Shown here in pieces: positions 8,497-16,758 of a stretch of 18,181 nucleotides of DNA. Both the position numbers and the translations under genes were made by a program. Numbering within the stretch: position 1 is the stretch's first letter; each line of letters starts with the position of its first letter. This stretch comes from a virus. Taxonomy: Duplodnaviria > Heunggongvirae > Uroviricota > Caudoviricetes. The stretch is taken from the IMG/VR virus record IMGVR_UViG_2869953405_000003; one strand, written 5' to 3'. The notes below the pieces were generated by a model. The model did no database searches, had not been told where the DNA came from, and was given only the letters and a program-made list of their open reading frames with translations.

Positions 8497-9884
8497 CTGA
8501 CGGGTACCCTTAATGCCCTGACCGGAACAAAGCCCGGATGAGAGATGGCATTTCGATCCAGGATATCAGTTTCACGGGACGCATCGTCGTACCATGACGC
8601 AGCCAGAACAAGCGCAGGCAGAACTTCCGCTGGCGTTCGCTCTGCGGTTTCCTCCGTCTGAACCAGACGCGCCTGAATATCCCGGTTCAGTTCTGTACGT
8701 AATGACGTCAGCTGAAAAAACAGCCTGTCATCCGCCGTACGCCTGAGCTCCTGTTCAATCGCCGCGTTCAGCGATTTGCGTATGATGGTGAGATTTTCCC
8801 GCGTGGGTGGTTGCGCTCTCTCATCCTGTCCTGTGCTGGCTGCCACGCTGTCAAGTGCCGGATGAGAAACGTGAATAATATCGGACTGACGTTCAGTGGA
8901 ACCACCAACAGCCACAACCGCCTGCTGATTTTTCACCAGGCTTCCGGGTTGTGGCAGTGAAGTGACCGCCCTTGTGGCTTCGCTGATTGCCGTCGTCCGG
9001 ATGACAGCAGCCACAAGGTTTGTCTGCTGTTTTTGCCTGATAACCGATGCGGAATCTGTGGGCCACACCGCACGCGGTGCCAGTCCTGGGTCCAGCGTAA
9101 TGCCGGACATTGTCGTTATGGACTGCACCAGATCCTGTGTGTTATCCACCAGCCGGGTTCCGGCCCGCCAGGTATCCTGCAACGTATGCACAAAATCACT
9201 GGCAACCGACGGCGGCATCAGAATGACGGATAAATCGCCCTGCAGTAGTCTCGCTCCGGCAGAAACAGCCGAATTAACCATTTTGAAAGCTGTCTGAACG
9301 GTTCCCAGCATATCGGTCGTCCGGGCAATAACATCGTTCTGAATAAAGTCCGGTATTCCCGCGAGATCAAAATCGCCGAACATGTCTTCAATCAACTCAT
9401 CCAGGAATACGGACGACTCCTCCAGTTTTCTGGCGGTTGCAGCTCCGGCGACCGGAAATGACAGTTCCCCGCTCTCAACAAACTGAAATGAAACCCGGCA
9501 CATACGGCCTTCAGTGCCGGAGTGAGAAACGGTCACCTGCCCGTCAATACAGCCCTGCATTTCACCGAACTGCGGATGGATCAGCGTCCCCGGCCCGGCG
9601 GTTTCAATCGCTGTAATCAGCCTGTCGCGCTGCTCTGCGTAATCATCACCAACGAGATACGCATTAATCGTCAGCCGTCGCGTGGCACGCCCGAGATCTT
9701 CCGTGTACGGTTTGTCACGGTTTGGGTATTCATGGACCTGAACGCGGCGTCCGAACGAACCCTCGTCGCTCTCCACCGAAAACGGAACGCCACGAAATGA
9801 AGCGTCGTAAAGATTATCGCGCCAATTGATACCTGAAGATGCAGAAAAGAGTGAAGAAAGAGAAGGTAAAGAAGGTAAGTCCAT
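8493..9884 (-). CDS. DNA circularisation protein N-like tail protein (Mu gp43 family)
   Basis: 463-aa ORF. GGAG lies 6 nt upstream of the ATG. Size and position in the tail module match Mu N. Confidence 0.7.
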   Translation of the reverse strand: MDLPSLPSLSSLFSASSGINWRDNLYDASFRGVPFSVESDEGSFGRRVQVHEYPNRDKPYTEDLGRATRRLTINAYLVGDDYAEQRDRLITAIETAGPGTLIHPQFGEMQGCIDGQVTVSHSGTEGRMCRVSFQFVESGELSFPVAGAATARKLEESSVFLDELIEDMFGDFDLAGIPDFIQNDVIARTTDMLGTVQTAFKMVNSAVSAGARLLQGDLSVILMPPSVASDFVHTLQDTWRAGTRLVDNTQDLVQSITTMSGITLDPGLAPRAVWPTDSASVIRQKQQTNLVAAVIRTTAISEATRAVTSLPQPGSLVKNQQAVVAVGGSTERQSDIIHVSHPALDSVAASTGQDERAQPPTRENLTIIRKSLNAAIEQELRRTADDRLFFQLTSLRTELNRDIQARLVQTEETAERTPAEVLPALVLAASWYDDASRETDILDRNAISHPGFVPVRALRVPVR

Positions 9885-9898
9885 ACTGTCTCCACTAT

Positions 9899-9922
9899 AA
9901 AAAAACCGCCAATTTCTGGCGG
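9899..9922 (-). terminator. intrinsic terminator downstream of the lipoprotein moron
   Basis: On the minus strand a 6-bp GC-rich stem (CCGCCA / TGGCGG) with a 5-nt loop is followed by T7. It lies 9 nt after the moron stop codon and 15 nt before the N-like gene start. Confidence 0.55.
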
Positions 9923-9930
9923 CTTATATA

Positions 9931-10312
9931 TTAATCATCATTAATATCTTTCATATTCAATTTGCAATTTTCGTAGGTCACTCCCGACTCGCCATTAACA
10001 TTAACTCCAGCTCTGATATTCCCGTTTTCTTTTACATCTACAAAAAACTGGCCTCTTGGCATCTTGAACGCAAATGTAAAACCAACAGTATCTGAATCAA
10101 AATCATCATCTTTATATATTGGGATCAAAAATGTCATCGTCGCTGGTGATGCATTGTTTGCAAAATCAAATACACCTATACTTTTGCCGAATTCATAAGA
10201 AGCTTTTCTCAATATAATCGCACCGCTGGCAGAAGGGGATGGGCACGATATCCTCAGTTGTCTGAATCCATCTGTATCCAAGTCAACGTCATTATCTGCA
10301 GATGTTTTAACG
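9931..10312 (-). pseudogene. AT-rich putative lipoprotein moron, C-terminal part (interrupted by IS1)
   Basis: The supplied 131-aa ORF (9931..10326) begins inside the IS1 end, and its frame is continuous with the upstream fragment 11081..11190 once IS1 and one duplication copy are removed. About 33% G+C in a hand-counted 100-bp sample against about 53% in a nearby phage gene. Confidence 0.6.
10304..10312. repeat. 9-bp target-site duplication GTTTTAACG, copy flanking IS1 copy 2
   Basis: Identical 9-mer at 10304..10312 and 11081..11089 immediately flanking the IS1 ends. Confidence 0.9.
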
Positions 10313-10327
10313 GGTAATGACTCCAAC

Positions 10328-10831
10328 TTATTGATAGTGTTTTATGTTCAGATAATGCCCGATGACTTTGTCATGCAGCTCCACCGATTTTGAGAACGAC
10401 AGCGACTTCCGTCCCAGCCGTGCCAGGTGCTGCCTCAGATTCAGGTTATGCCGCTCAATTCGCTGCGTATATCGCTTGCTGATTACGTGCAGCTTTCCCT
10501 TCAGGCGGGATTCATACAGCGGCCAGCCATCCGTCATCCATATCACCACGTCAAAGGGTGACAGCAGGCTCATAAGACGCCCCAGCGTCGCCATAGTGCG
10601 TTCACCGAATACGTGCGCAACAACCGTCTTCCGGAGACTGTCATACGCGTAAAACAGCCAGCGCTGGCGCGATTTAGCCCCGACATAGCCCCACTGTTCG
10701 TCCATTTCCGCGCAGACGATGACGTCACTGCCCGGCTGTATGCGCGAGGTTACCGACTGCGGCCTGAGTTTTTTAAGTGACGTAAAATCGTGTTGAGGCC
10801 AACGCCCATAATGCGTGCAGTTGCCCGGCAT
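10328..10831 (-). CDS. insB: IS1 InsB frame
   Basis: 167-aa ORF identical to the copy 1 InsB translation. Confidence 0.9.
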
Positions 10832-11025
10832 CCAACGCCATTCATGGCCATATCAATGATTTTCTGGTGCGTACCGGGTTGAGAAGCGGTGTAAGTGAAC
10901 TGCAGTTGCCATGTTTTACGGCAGTGAGAGCAGAGATAGCGCTGATGTCCGGCAGTGCTTTTGCCGTTACGCACCACCCCGTCAGTAGCTGAACAGGAGG
11001 GACAGCTGATAGAAACAGAAGCCAC
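10750..11025 (-). CDS. insA: IS1 InsA
   Basis: 91-aa ORF identical to the copy 1 InsA translation. Confidence 0.95.
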
Positions 11026-11080
11026 TGGAGCACCTCAAAAACACCATCATACACTAAATCAGTAAGTTGGCAGCATCACC

Positions 11081-11089
11081 GTTTTAACG
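11081..11089. repeat. 9-bp target-site duplication GTTTTAACG, second copy, IS1 copy 2
   Basis: Identical to 10304..10312. Confidence 0.9.
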
Positions 11090-11190
11090 TTACTAATAAA
11101 TCGTGAAACAATCTCCTCATTTGTTAGTATTTTCGCCTGAGCACAGCAAGAGGTTAATATTGCAACCGTCATTAAAAATGGCTTTATCAC
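11081..11190 (-). pseudogene. AT-rich putative lipoprotein moron, N-terminal part with signal peptide and lipobox
   Basis: My translation from GTG at 11190..11188 (GGAG 8 nt upstream) gives MIKPFLMTVAILTSCCAQAKILTNEEIVSRFISNVKT, with an L-T-S-C lipobox after a hydrophobic stretch. An alternative ATG start lies at 11172. The frame continues into 9931..10312 across the IS1 insertion. Confidence 0.5.
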
Positions 11191-11257
11191 AAAACAAACT
11201 CCATTGTTAGCATGTTACGCGATAATTTTGCCTCATCTTTCACCACAAAAAAAGAAC

Positions 11258-13207
11258 TCACCTTTTAAATGGAGAATACCCAACATCATGGGTGATTTTC
11301 ATAAAGGGATCGCCTGTTTTCGGCAAATCGATAACGCGCATTCCAGGCGGCGCGTTGTCAAACGTCACCTTAAGTTCGCTGCGGGTTGCCGGTGAAGATG
11401 CAAGGCTTAACAGCTGATTCCTTTCCAGTGATACATTCGGGGTGTAGCGTTTATCGGGAGATAAATACCCATCACCACGTGGCATCTGCCATCCGGTCAT
11501 GTCATAGACAAAATCATGGAACTGTTTGCCCCACTCGTCGAACTTATCATTCAGACCAAATCCACTGTTCAGTGCATCAGCCACAAAATTTTTAACAAGC
11601 CAGGGATGTGCTTTTTCAAACTCCTGCGCCATCATGCCCAGTTCAAGCAATCCACCAATCAGACTGATCTTTCCGAGGCCCTTTAATTTCAGCCCTGTTT
11701 TTCCTGCCGCCGTTGTCCATTGATTCTGGGCGACTGTTGCCGCACGAATACTTGCCACCGCCTTCACACCAATATACAGGGCAGAAACCGTTGCTATTGT
11801 TTTTACTGCCTGTTCCCATCCCCCCATTGCTCTGACAACCTGATCAACCTCCTGCCAGACTTTTTTCACAACCGGACCGACCGTTTCCCAGTTATCAATT
11901 ATGAGATATGCACCACCGACGAGAAGCGCAATTAATCCCTTTGCCGGCGTCATATTCATCACGCTACCCATGATTTTTGTTATGCGTGTCAATGTGCCAA
12001 TCGCCACGCCCATCGTCAGTAATGCCGCACCAGTTTTCGCGATGGTTTTTACGACCTCAGGATTTTCTCTGACAAACGTGCGCACTTCTTCCAGAAAAGG
12101 CTTCATCTCTTTTATGCCTTCATTGAGTGAAGGCAGGAAGGTTTCCCCCAGCGTGGAAGAAATCGCATTGATCTGGTTCTGCAGCAGCAACAACTGATTT
12201 TCTGTCGTCGCGGCACGGGCGGCATATTCTTTCTGCATTGAGCCGCCATACTGCTGCGCATCCGCCACACGATTAAAGTTGGTTCGCAACAAATCCAGAT
12301 TCGTGAGCAGCGGCGCAATGGCCCCCAGGGATTCCTTCCCGAACAGCGCTTTCAGCACAGCAGCCTGTTTTTCTTTCGGCACTTTTGCCAGAGAATCCAG
12401 TACGTGCAGCATGGCCCCGCGGGCGTCTTTCTGCATATCCGCCGCCAGTTTTTTCGGGCTAATGCGCAACGAGCGGAGCACTTTTTTCTGCGATTTGGTG
12501 GCAGAATCCCTCGCTGTCAGCGACAACATAAAATTCTTTATCCCCGTCGCAGCAATTTCTGACTCCACCCCCATTCCGGCAATGGTTGCCCCCATTGCGG
12601 CAATCTCTCCGGAGGCCACACCCGCAACACTGCCTAAAGGGCCAATACGGGTCACAACATCAGAAATCTTTTTCGCACTTGCAGGACCGGTATTACCAAG
12701 ATAGTTAATCTTATCCGCAAGCCCTGCCACCTCTCCCTGTGTCAGTTTAAAGGCAGTGCGCCACTGCGCCATCATCTGACCGGATTCTTCTGCCGTGGTG
12801 TCAAAGGCCACGCCCATCTTCACGGCATCGTCAGTAAACTGCATCAGCTCGTCACGGGCGATACCAGCCTGACCACCCGCCGCCACAATTTCGGCGATAC
12901 CTTCCGCCGACATGGGCAGTTCTGTTGACAGGTCGCGCACCTGCTCCGTCATTGCCTTAAACGCTTCCGGCGTATCCAGACCATCCACCACTTTCCGGAC
13001 ATCCGCCATTTTTGATTCAAGGGCAATGGCAGATTTGACCGGGAGCGCCAGCGCCCCCAGTACTGCGGTTCCGGCACCCGCTGCGCCCAGTAACAGGCTG
13101 GCAAACTCCTTTTTAAAACCTTTCAGCTGGCGCTGCATTCCCTTCAGCGGTGCCGATACCTTATCCACGGCAGTGATGATCGCCTTCAGCTGAAAACTGT
13201 CAGCCAT
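11258..13207 (-). CDS. tail tape measure protein
   Basis: 649-aa ORF, Ala/Gly-rich with long predicted helical stretches, immediately downstream of the tail chaperone gene. ATG at 13207 follows the chaperone frameshift extension. Confidence 0.8.
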   Translation of the reverse strand: MADSFQLKAIITAVDKVSAPLKGMQRQLKGFKKEFASLLLGAAGAGTAVLGALALPVKSAIALESKMADVRKVVDGLDTPEAFKAMTEQVRDLSTELPMSAEGIAEIVAAGGQAGIARDELMQFTDDAVKMGVAFDTTAEESGQMMAQWRTAFKLTQGEVAGLADKINYLGNTGPASAKKISDVVTRIGPLGSVAGVASGEIAAMGATIAGMGVESEIAATGIKNFMLSLTARDSATKSQKKVLRSLRISPKKLAADMQKDARGAMLHVLDSLAKVPKEKQAAVLKALFGKESLGAIAPLLTNLDLLRTNFNRVADAQQYGGSMQKEYAARAATTENQLLLLQNQINAISSTLGETFLPSLNEGIKEMKPFLEEVRTFVRENPEVVKTIAKTGAALLTMGVAIGTLTRITKIMGSVMNMTPAKGLIALLVGGAYLIIDNWETVGPVVKKVWQEVDQVVRAMGGWEQAVKTIATVSALYIGVKAVASIRAATVAQNQWTTAAGKTGLKLKGLGKISLIGGLLELGMMAQEFEKAHPWLVKNFVADALNSGFGLNDKFDEWGKQFHDFVYDMTGWQMPRGDGYLSPDKRYTPNVSLERNQLLSLASSPATRSELKVTFDNAPPGMRVIDLPKTGDPFMKITHDVGYSPFKR

Positions 13208-13364
13208 GCTTCATCTCCTCGTTAATGCGGACGGCCTCGGCTTCCAGTTCTGTAAACTGCGAAACAGCCCCCCGTCGCAGCTCCAGTGGATTCAGTTTCC
13301 AGAACCAGGCAACATTGTAGAGTCGTTTCCGGAGGTGCTTCCCGTCTCCGACTGGGTAAAAAAA
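13200..13364 (-). other. predicted -1 programmed frameshift extension of the tail assembly chaperone (lambda G/GT-like)
   Basis: T TTT TTT slippery heptamer at 13364..13358 lies in the zero frame of the chaperone (codons CGT TTT TTT = R F F). The -1 frame is open for 55 codons (YPVGDGKHLRKRLYNVAWFWKLNPLELRRGAVSQFTELEAEAVRINEEMKHG) and stops at 13202..13200, overlapping the tape-measure ATG. Confidence 0.55.
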
Positions 13365-13627
13365 CGCAGGATCTGCATGCTGGTCTTAAAAATATCCAGT
13401 TTTGCCATCTGCGCCGCCGATGAACGCGGGATCCCCGCCAGCAACGGGATATATTTCAGTGCCACCTGGCTGTCCAGTTTAATACTGCCTTCACCGGAAA
13501 TAATGAAAGGAAAACCCAGCGCCTCGATTTCGTCATACGTGGGCTCGCGCAACTCCAGCACATGCAGCATTTCGTTATGCGCTGTCACCGGTTTTTTTAA
13601 AACTATTTCTGTAACGTTCATTGCCAT
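13292..13627 (-). CDS. tail assembly chaperone (Mu gp41-like)
   Basis: 111-aa ORF between the tube and tape-measure genes. One-nucleotide overlap with the tube gene stop. Confidence 0.65.
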   Translation of the reverse strand: MAMNVTEIVLKKPVTAHNEMLHVLELREPTYDEIEALGFPFIISGEGSIKLDSQVALKYIPLLAGIPRSSAAQMAKLDIFKTSMQILRFFTQSETGSTSGNDSTMLPGSGN

Positions 13628-13983
13628 TACTGATACCCTCCCTCTTCGCCGTGGAATTCAAGATCTGCCGTGCCTTCTTCGGCATTATGATTAGCCTCTC
13701 CGTGCAGCCATGCCGCCGAAAGCACATACACCATGCCGTTTGCCAGCTCAGCGGTAATCGTCATCTGGTCTGAGGTGGTAATTTTGTCGACCGGAAAGTT
13801 TTTGGGCACTTTAAACGTGCCCTTAACGTAAGGTGACCGCCAGGTCTCCTTGTAATCCACATCCCCTGCCATGCCGACGATGTCATCCCGGACATTGGTG
13901 TTCATCGGCACTTCAATGCCACCTGTCAGCGATAACTGCTGACCATCCACTTTAAAAAAACAGGTTCCGGCGATCTTTGCCAT
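13627..13983 (-). CDS. tail tube protein (Mu M-like)
   Basis: 118-aa ORF immediately downstream of the sheath gene with a one-nucleotide overlap. Size matches contractile-tail tube proteins. Confidence 0.75.
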   Translation of the reverse strand: MAKIAGTCFFKVDGQQLSLTGGIEVPMNTNVRDDIVGMAGDVDYKETWRSPYVKGTFKVPKNFPVDKITTSDQMTITAELANGMVYVLSAAWLHGEANHNAEEGTADLEFHGEEGGYQ

Positions 13984-15479
13984 TATGCTGACTCCTCTGA
14001 ATACTGAAGACGGAACTGGTTAACCACCGCAAAGACACGTAACTGATTAACATAATCCGGCGGGAACAGCGTATTCAGTCGGTTCGGGTTATCTGCATCA
14101 CGCTCAACTATCAGATACTGTTTAAACAGATCGTAATTTTCCACAATACCGGCACGCTCCATCTGACGATATGTCGCCAGAAGTTCCCCTTTGATAACGG
14201 CAGGAGTGACAATCGCCTGCCCCGGACCAAAACGGGTACCATCATTTGCCAGCTTGTGACGTCCGTACTTGCTTGTGATGACCGATTTCAGTTTGCGAAG
14301 AACATATGCACTGGTATGCAGAGTTTCACTGTCCAGATAGCTGTTGTCTGCCACGCCATACGCATTCTTTTTGTAGGTGGTTACGGAACGCTGGATCTGC
14401 AACGTGCCGCCTTCCACATAAGCCGTCGCCACGCCGTGAGATAAAAGGGTCTGCTGCTCTGTCATGATGAATCGCTTACCTTTCGGTGCCGGAAGCATCC
14501 CCACCAGCTCCCCCGTCTGTGTCGGACGGGCAGGATCATTCCGGATAAATACCGCTTCACGGGCAAGGCGACTGGCAACCAGTTCATCGACAGGCGACTG
14601 GGTTTCTTTTTCGTAACCGGCAAGCGTGATATGTTGCTGATTATGCATATCTCCGGCACCAACCAGCTCTGACAGCGTTCCCAGTTTTGCGGTATAGCCA
14701 TGCCCGTATAACTGGCGCGCATAACTCCAGCGACCGCTGCTGTCATTCATTTCGGTCATCATCATATTGATGGAGGCGGCATCGTTGAACGGCAGACCGA
14801 TAAAGTCGAATGCCTCATCGCCCATAGCAGCAACAGCGGCGGTAAGATCAGGCGCTCCGCTACCGGCAGCACCGACTTCCGTCACCACCCGAAGCCCTGC
14901 TGGCAGAATCTCACCACCACCAGAACCATAATAATTCAGACAGACCGGTAACTCATTACCATACAGCCCCTTATGACGGGCAGTCAGCGTCACCACACCT
15001 GCATCAGATGACGCCGTAAACGGCAGGGTGATAACCCCGTTTACCGCTTCCTTAATCGCGGTGGCAACCGCAGTGGCATCATCGCCATTCACCACAGGCA
15101 CCTGTACACGGGAGCGCCCGACATACAGACTCAGGGTGCCGCTTTCCTCTGCTTCTCCGGCAACCGTCACCCTGACCGTCGCCGCCGCCCCTCTGGCTTC
15201 CGGTACTGCAATAACATACAGTTCACCGAAAGGATCTGTCTGACGGTAGACTTCCACCATACGCGCCAGCTGGCTCCCCGCCCCACAAATCTGGCGGGCA
15301 TAATCTGCCGATGGCATCAGCACCAGGCTGTTAACCTCAATGGCTGCATCGTTGCTGGCATGCCCGATCAGTAATGCAGGCGCGCTGGTCACCGCTGTAT
15401 TTGCCGCAGAATTGTTCATCTCGGCGTAGAACAACGGCACCAGCGTATTCGACGGAACAGTATTAAAACTTATCGTCAT
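13983..15479 (-). CDS. tail sheath protein (Mu L-like)
   Basis: 498-aa ORF, the largest structural gene before the tube gene. Size and position match Mu-type sheath proteins. The start ATG is 19 nt from the IS600-like element end. Confidence 0.8.
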   Translation of the reverse strand: MTISFNTVPSNTLVPLFYAEMNNSAANTAVTSAPALLIGHASNDAAIEVNSLVLMPSADYARQICGAGSQLARMVEVYRQTDPFGELYVIAVPEARGAAATVRVTVAGEAEESGTLSLYVGRSRVQVPVVNGDDATAVATAIKEAVNGVITLPFTASSDAGVVTLTARHKGLYGNELPVCLNYYGSGGGEILPAGLRVVTEVGAAGSGAPDLTAAVAAMGDEAFDFIGLPFNDAASINMMMTEMNDSSGRWSYARQLYGHGYTAKLGTLSELVGAGDMHNQQHITLAGYEKETQSPVDELVASRLAREAVFIRNDPARPTQTGELVGMLPAPKGKRFIMTEQQTLLSHGVATAYVEGGTLQIQRSVTTYKKNAYGVADNSYLDSETLHTSAYVLRKLKSVITSKYGRHKLANDGTRFGPGQAIVTPAVIKGELLATYRQMERAGIVENYDLFKQYLIVERDADNPNRLNTLFPPDYVNQLRVFAVVNQFRLQYSEESA

Positions 15480-15541
15480 GATTTTTTAGCCTTATCCTTG
15501 AGGTGTACTGGCAATAGCGGACACTACCATTTGTTCTTTTT

Positions 15542-16360
15542 TTAAGCAGCCATCTGATGATATTTTTCCCTGAAGGCTGCCGGGGAGATATTCCCCAGAC
15601 GAGAGTGACGACGCTGACGATTGTAGAAAATCTCAATGTATTCCCGTATTACTGAGATGGCTTCATCCCGGTTATTAAAACGATAGTGGCTCAGGCTCTC
15701 ATTTTTCAGCGTTCCCCAGAAGCTTTCCATCGGAGCGTTGTCGTAACAGTTACCTTTACGCGACATTGATGTTTTCAGACCAGACTGCTCCTGTATGACC
15801 CGGTAATCGTATGCGCAGTACTGTGAACCTCGATCAGAGTGGTGGATTAGCCCGGCAGGTGGGCGCTGGCTCCTGAGCGCCATAAACAGGGCTTTACCTG
15901 TCAGCTCTTTTGTCATGCGCTCTCCCATGGCGTAGCCGACAATTTCGCACGTATAAACATCTTTGATGCCAGCGAGGTACAACCATCCCTCCTGTGTGGC
16001 AACATACGTCAGGTCCGCCACCCAGACCTGATTTGGTGCTGTAGGAGCGAACGTCTGGTTCAGCAGATTTGGCGCAACTGGCAGATTGTGGTTCGAGTTC
16101 GTAGTCGCTCTGAACTTGCGTTTCTGCTTACAGCGTAGCCTTAGCTCCTTACGAAGACGTGCCAGTCGGTCACGACCAACGATGATGCCATTCTCTGCCA
16201 GCTCCGTCTGGTGCCGCCGGGTTCCATATGTTTCGCGAGTGCGGATATGTGCCACCTTAATCTCCAGTTTTAGCCGCTCATCACTTTGTTTTCTGTCTGA
16301 GGGTTCATGCTGTACCCAGTTGTAATAACCGCTCCTGGATACACCAAATACCTGACACAT
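15542..16360 (-). CDS. IS3-family transposase OrfB (DDE integrase domain)
   Basis: 272-aa ORF with the usual IS3-family OrfB layout, including ...HHSDRGSQY... and ...YDNAPMESFWGTLK... motifs. Confidence 0.9.
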   Translation of the reverse strand: MCQVFGVSRSGYYNWVQHEPSDRKQSDERLKLEIKVAHIRTRETYGTRRHQTELAENGIIVGRDRLARLRKELRLRCKQKRKFRATTNSNHNLPVAPNLLNQTFAPTAPNQVWVADLTYVATQEGWLYLAGIKDVYTCEIVGYAMGERMTKELTGKALFMALRSQRPPAGLIHHSDRGSQYCAYDYRVIQEQSGLKTSMSRKGNCYDNAPMESFWGTLKNESLSHYRFNNRDEAISVIREYIEIFYNRQRRHSRLGNISPAAFREKYHQMAA

Positions 16361-16409
16361 CGCTTCAATGGGAAATTGTTGTCGCCATTGTTCGATTAAC
16401 GCGTATTTT

Positions 16410-16697
16410 TCAGCGACTCCTGTGCAAAATACGCTGTTGCTTTTTTAATATATCTCGCTCAAGGCGAGCTTCATTTAACGCCTTACGCAGTTGCAGAATT
16501 TCAGATTCCAGTTCAGCCACCGTGCGGGAACCAGGAGTACCGAGCCCTTTTCTGGCGGCGGTAACCCATTGTCCTAAAGTGCCTTCAGGAAGAGATAATC
16601 GGGAAGCGCCTTCACTGATCGAAAGTTGATTTTCAAGAACCGTTCTGACAGCTTCGGCTTTGAACTCTTTAGAGTAACGTTGGGTTTTTCTGCTCAT
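16410..16697 (-). CDS. IS3-family transposase OrfA (helix-turn-helix / leucine zipper), C-terminus altered
   Basis: 95-aa ORF MSRKTQRYSKEFKAEAV... ending ILKKQQRILHRSR. The expected family C-terminus ATAYFAQESLKNTR is encoded in the -1 frame immediately after the A6G heptamer at 16446..16440. Confidence 0.85.
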   Translation of the reverse strand: MSRKTQRYSKEFKAEAVRTVLENQLSISEGASRLSLPEGTLGQWVTAARKGLGTPGSRTVAELESEILQLRKALNEARLERDILKKQQRILHRSR

Positions 16698-16758
16698 TAT
16701 TAGCTCCTTCTGATGCCATTCTATTTCAGGAAGGAGCGTCCGTTAAACTCAGGCTACC

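Larger units (their letters stand above)
10313..11080 (-). mobile_element. IS1, complete 768-bp copy, inverted relative to copy 1
   Basis: Plus strand begins GGTAATGACTCCAACTTATTGATAGTG and ends ...CAGTAAGTTGGCAGCATCACC. The insA and insB translations are identical to copy 1. Confidence 0.95.

Noticed and set aside
9671-9895. 74-aa minus-strand ORF overlapping the start of the N-like gene
   Set aside because: It is out of frame with and overlaps the N-like gene start. The terminator and the N-like gene RBS explain this interval.
10376-10385. Possible second copy of the ssrA 3' attachment core (CAGCTCCACC)
   Set aside because: A 10-nt match lying inside the IS1 insB coding sequence, and present in both IS1 copies. 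It is a coincidence, not an att repeat.
11191-11257. Dedicated promoter for the lipoprotein moron
   Set aside because: Only weak hexamers (TTGTGG, TTATCG) are visible in the 67-bp gap. They are not convincing enough to call without a motif scan or transcript data.
4629-15479. Functional tailocin (headless contractile particle) cluster
   Set aside because: The absence of capsid genes suggested it, but the baseplate J gene is split by IS1, the Tfa gene has a nonsense codon, and a head protease remnant remains. A decaying prophage is the simpler reading.
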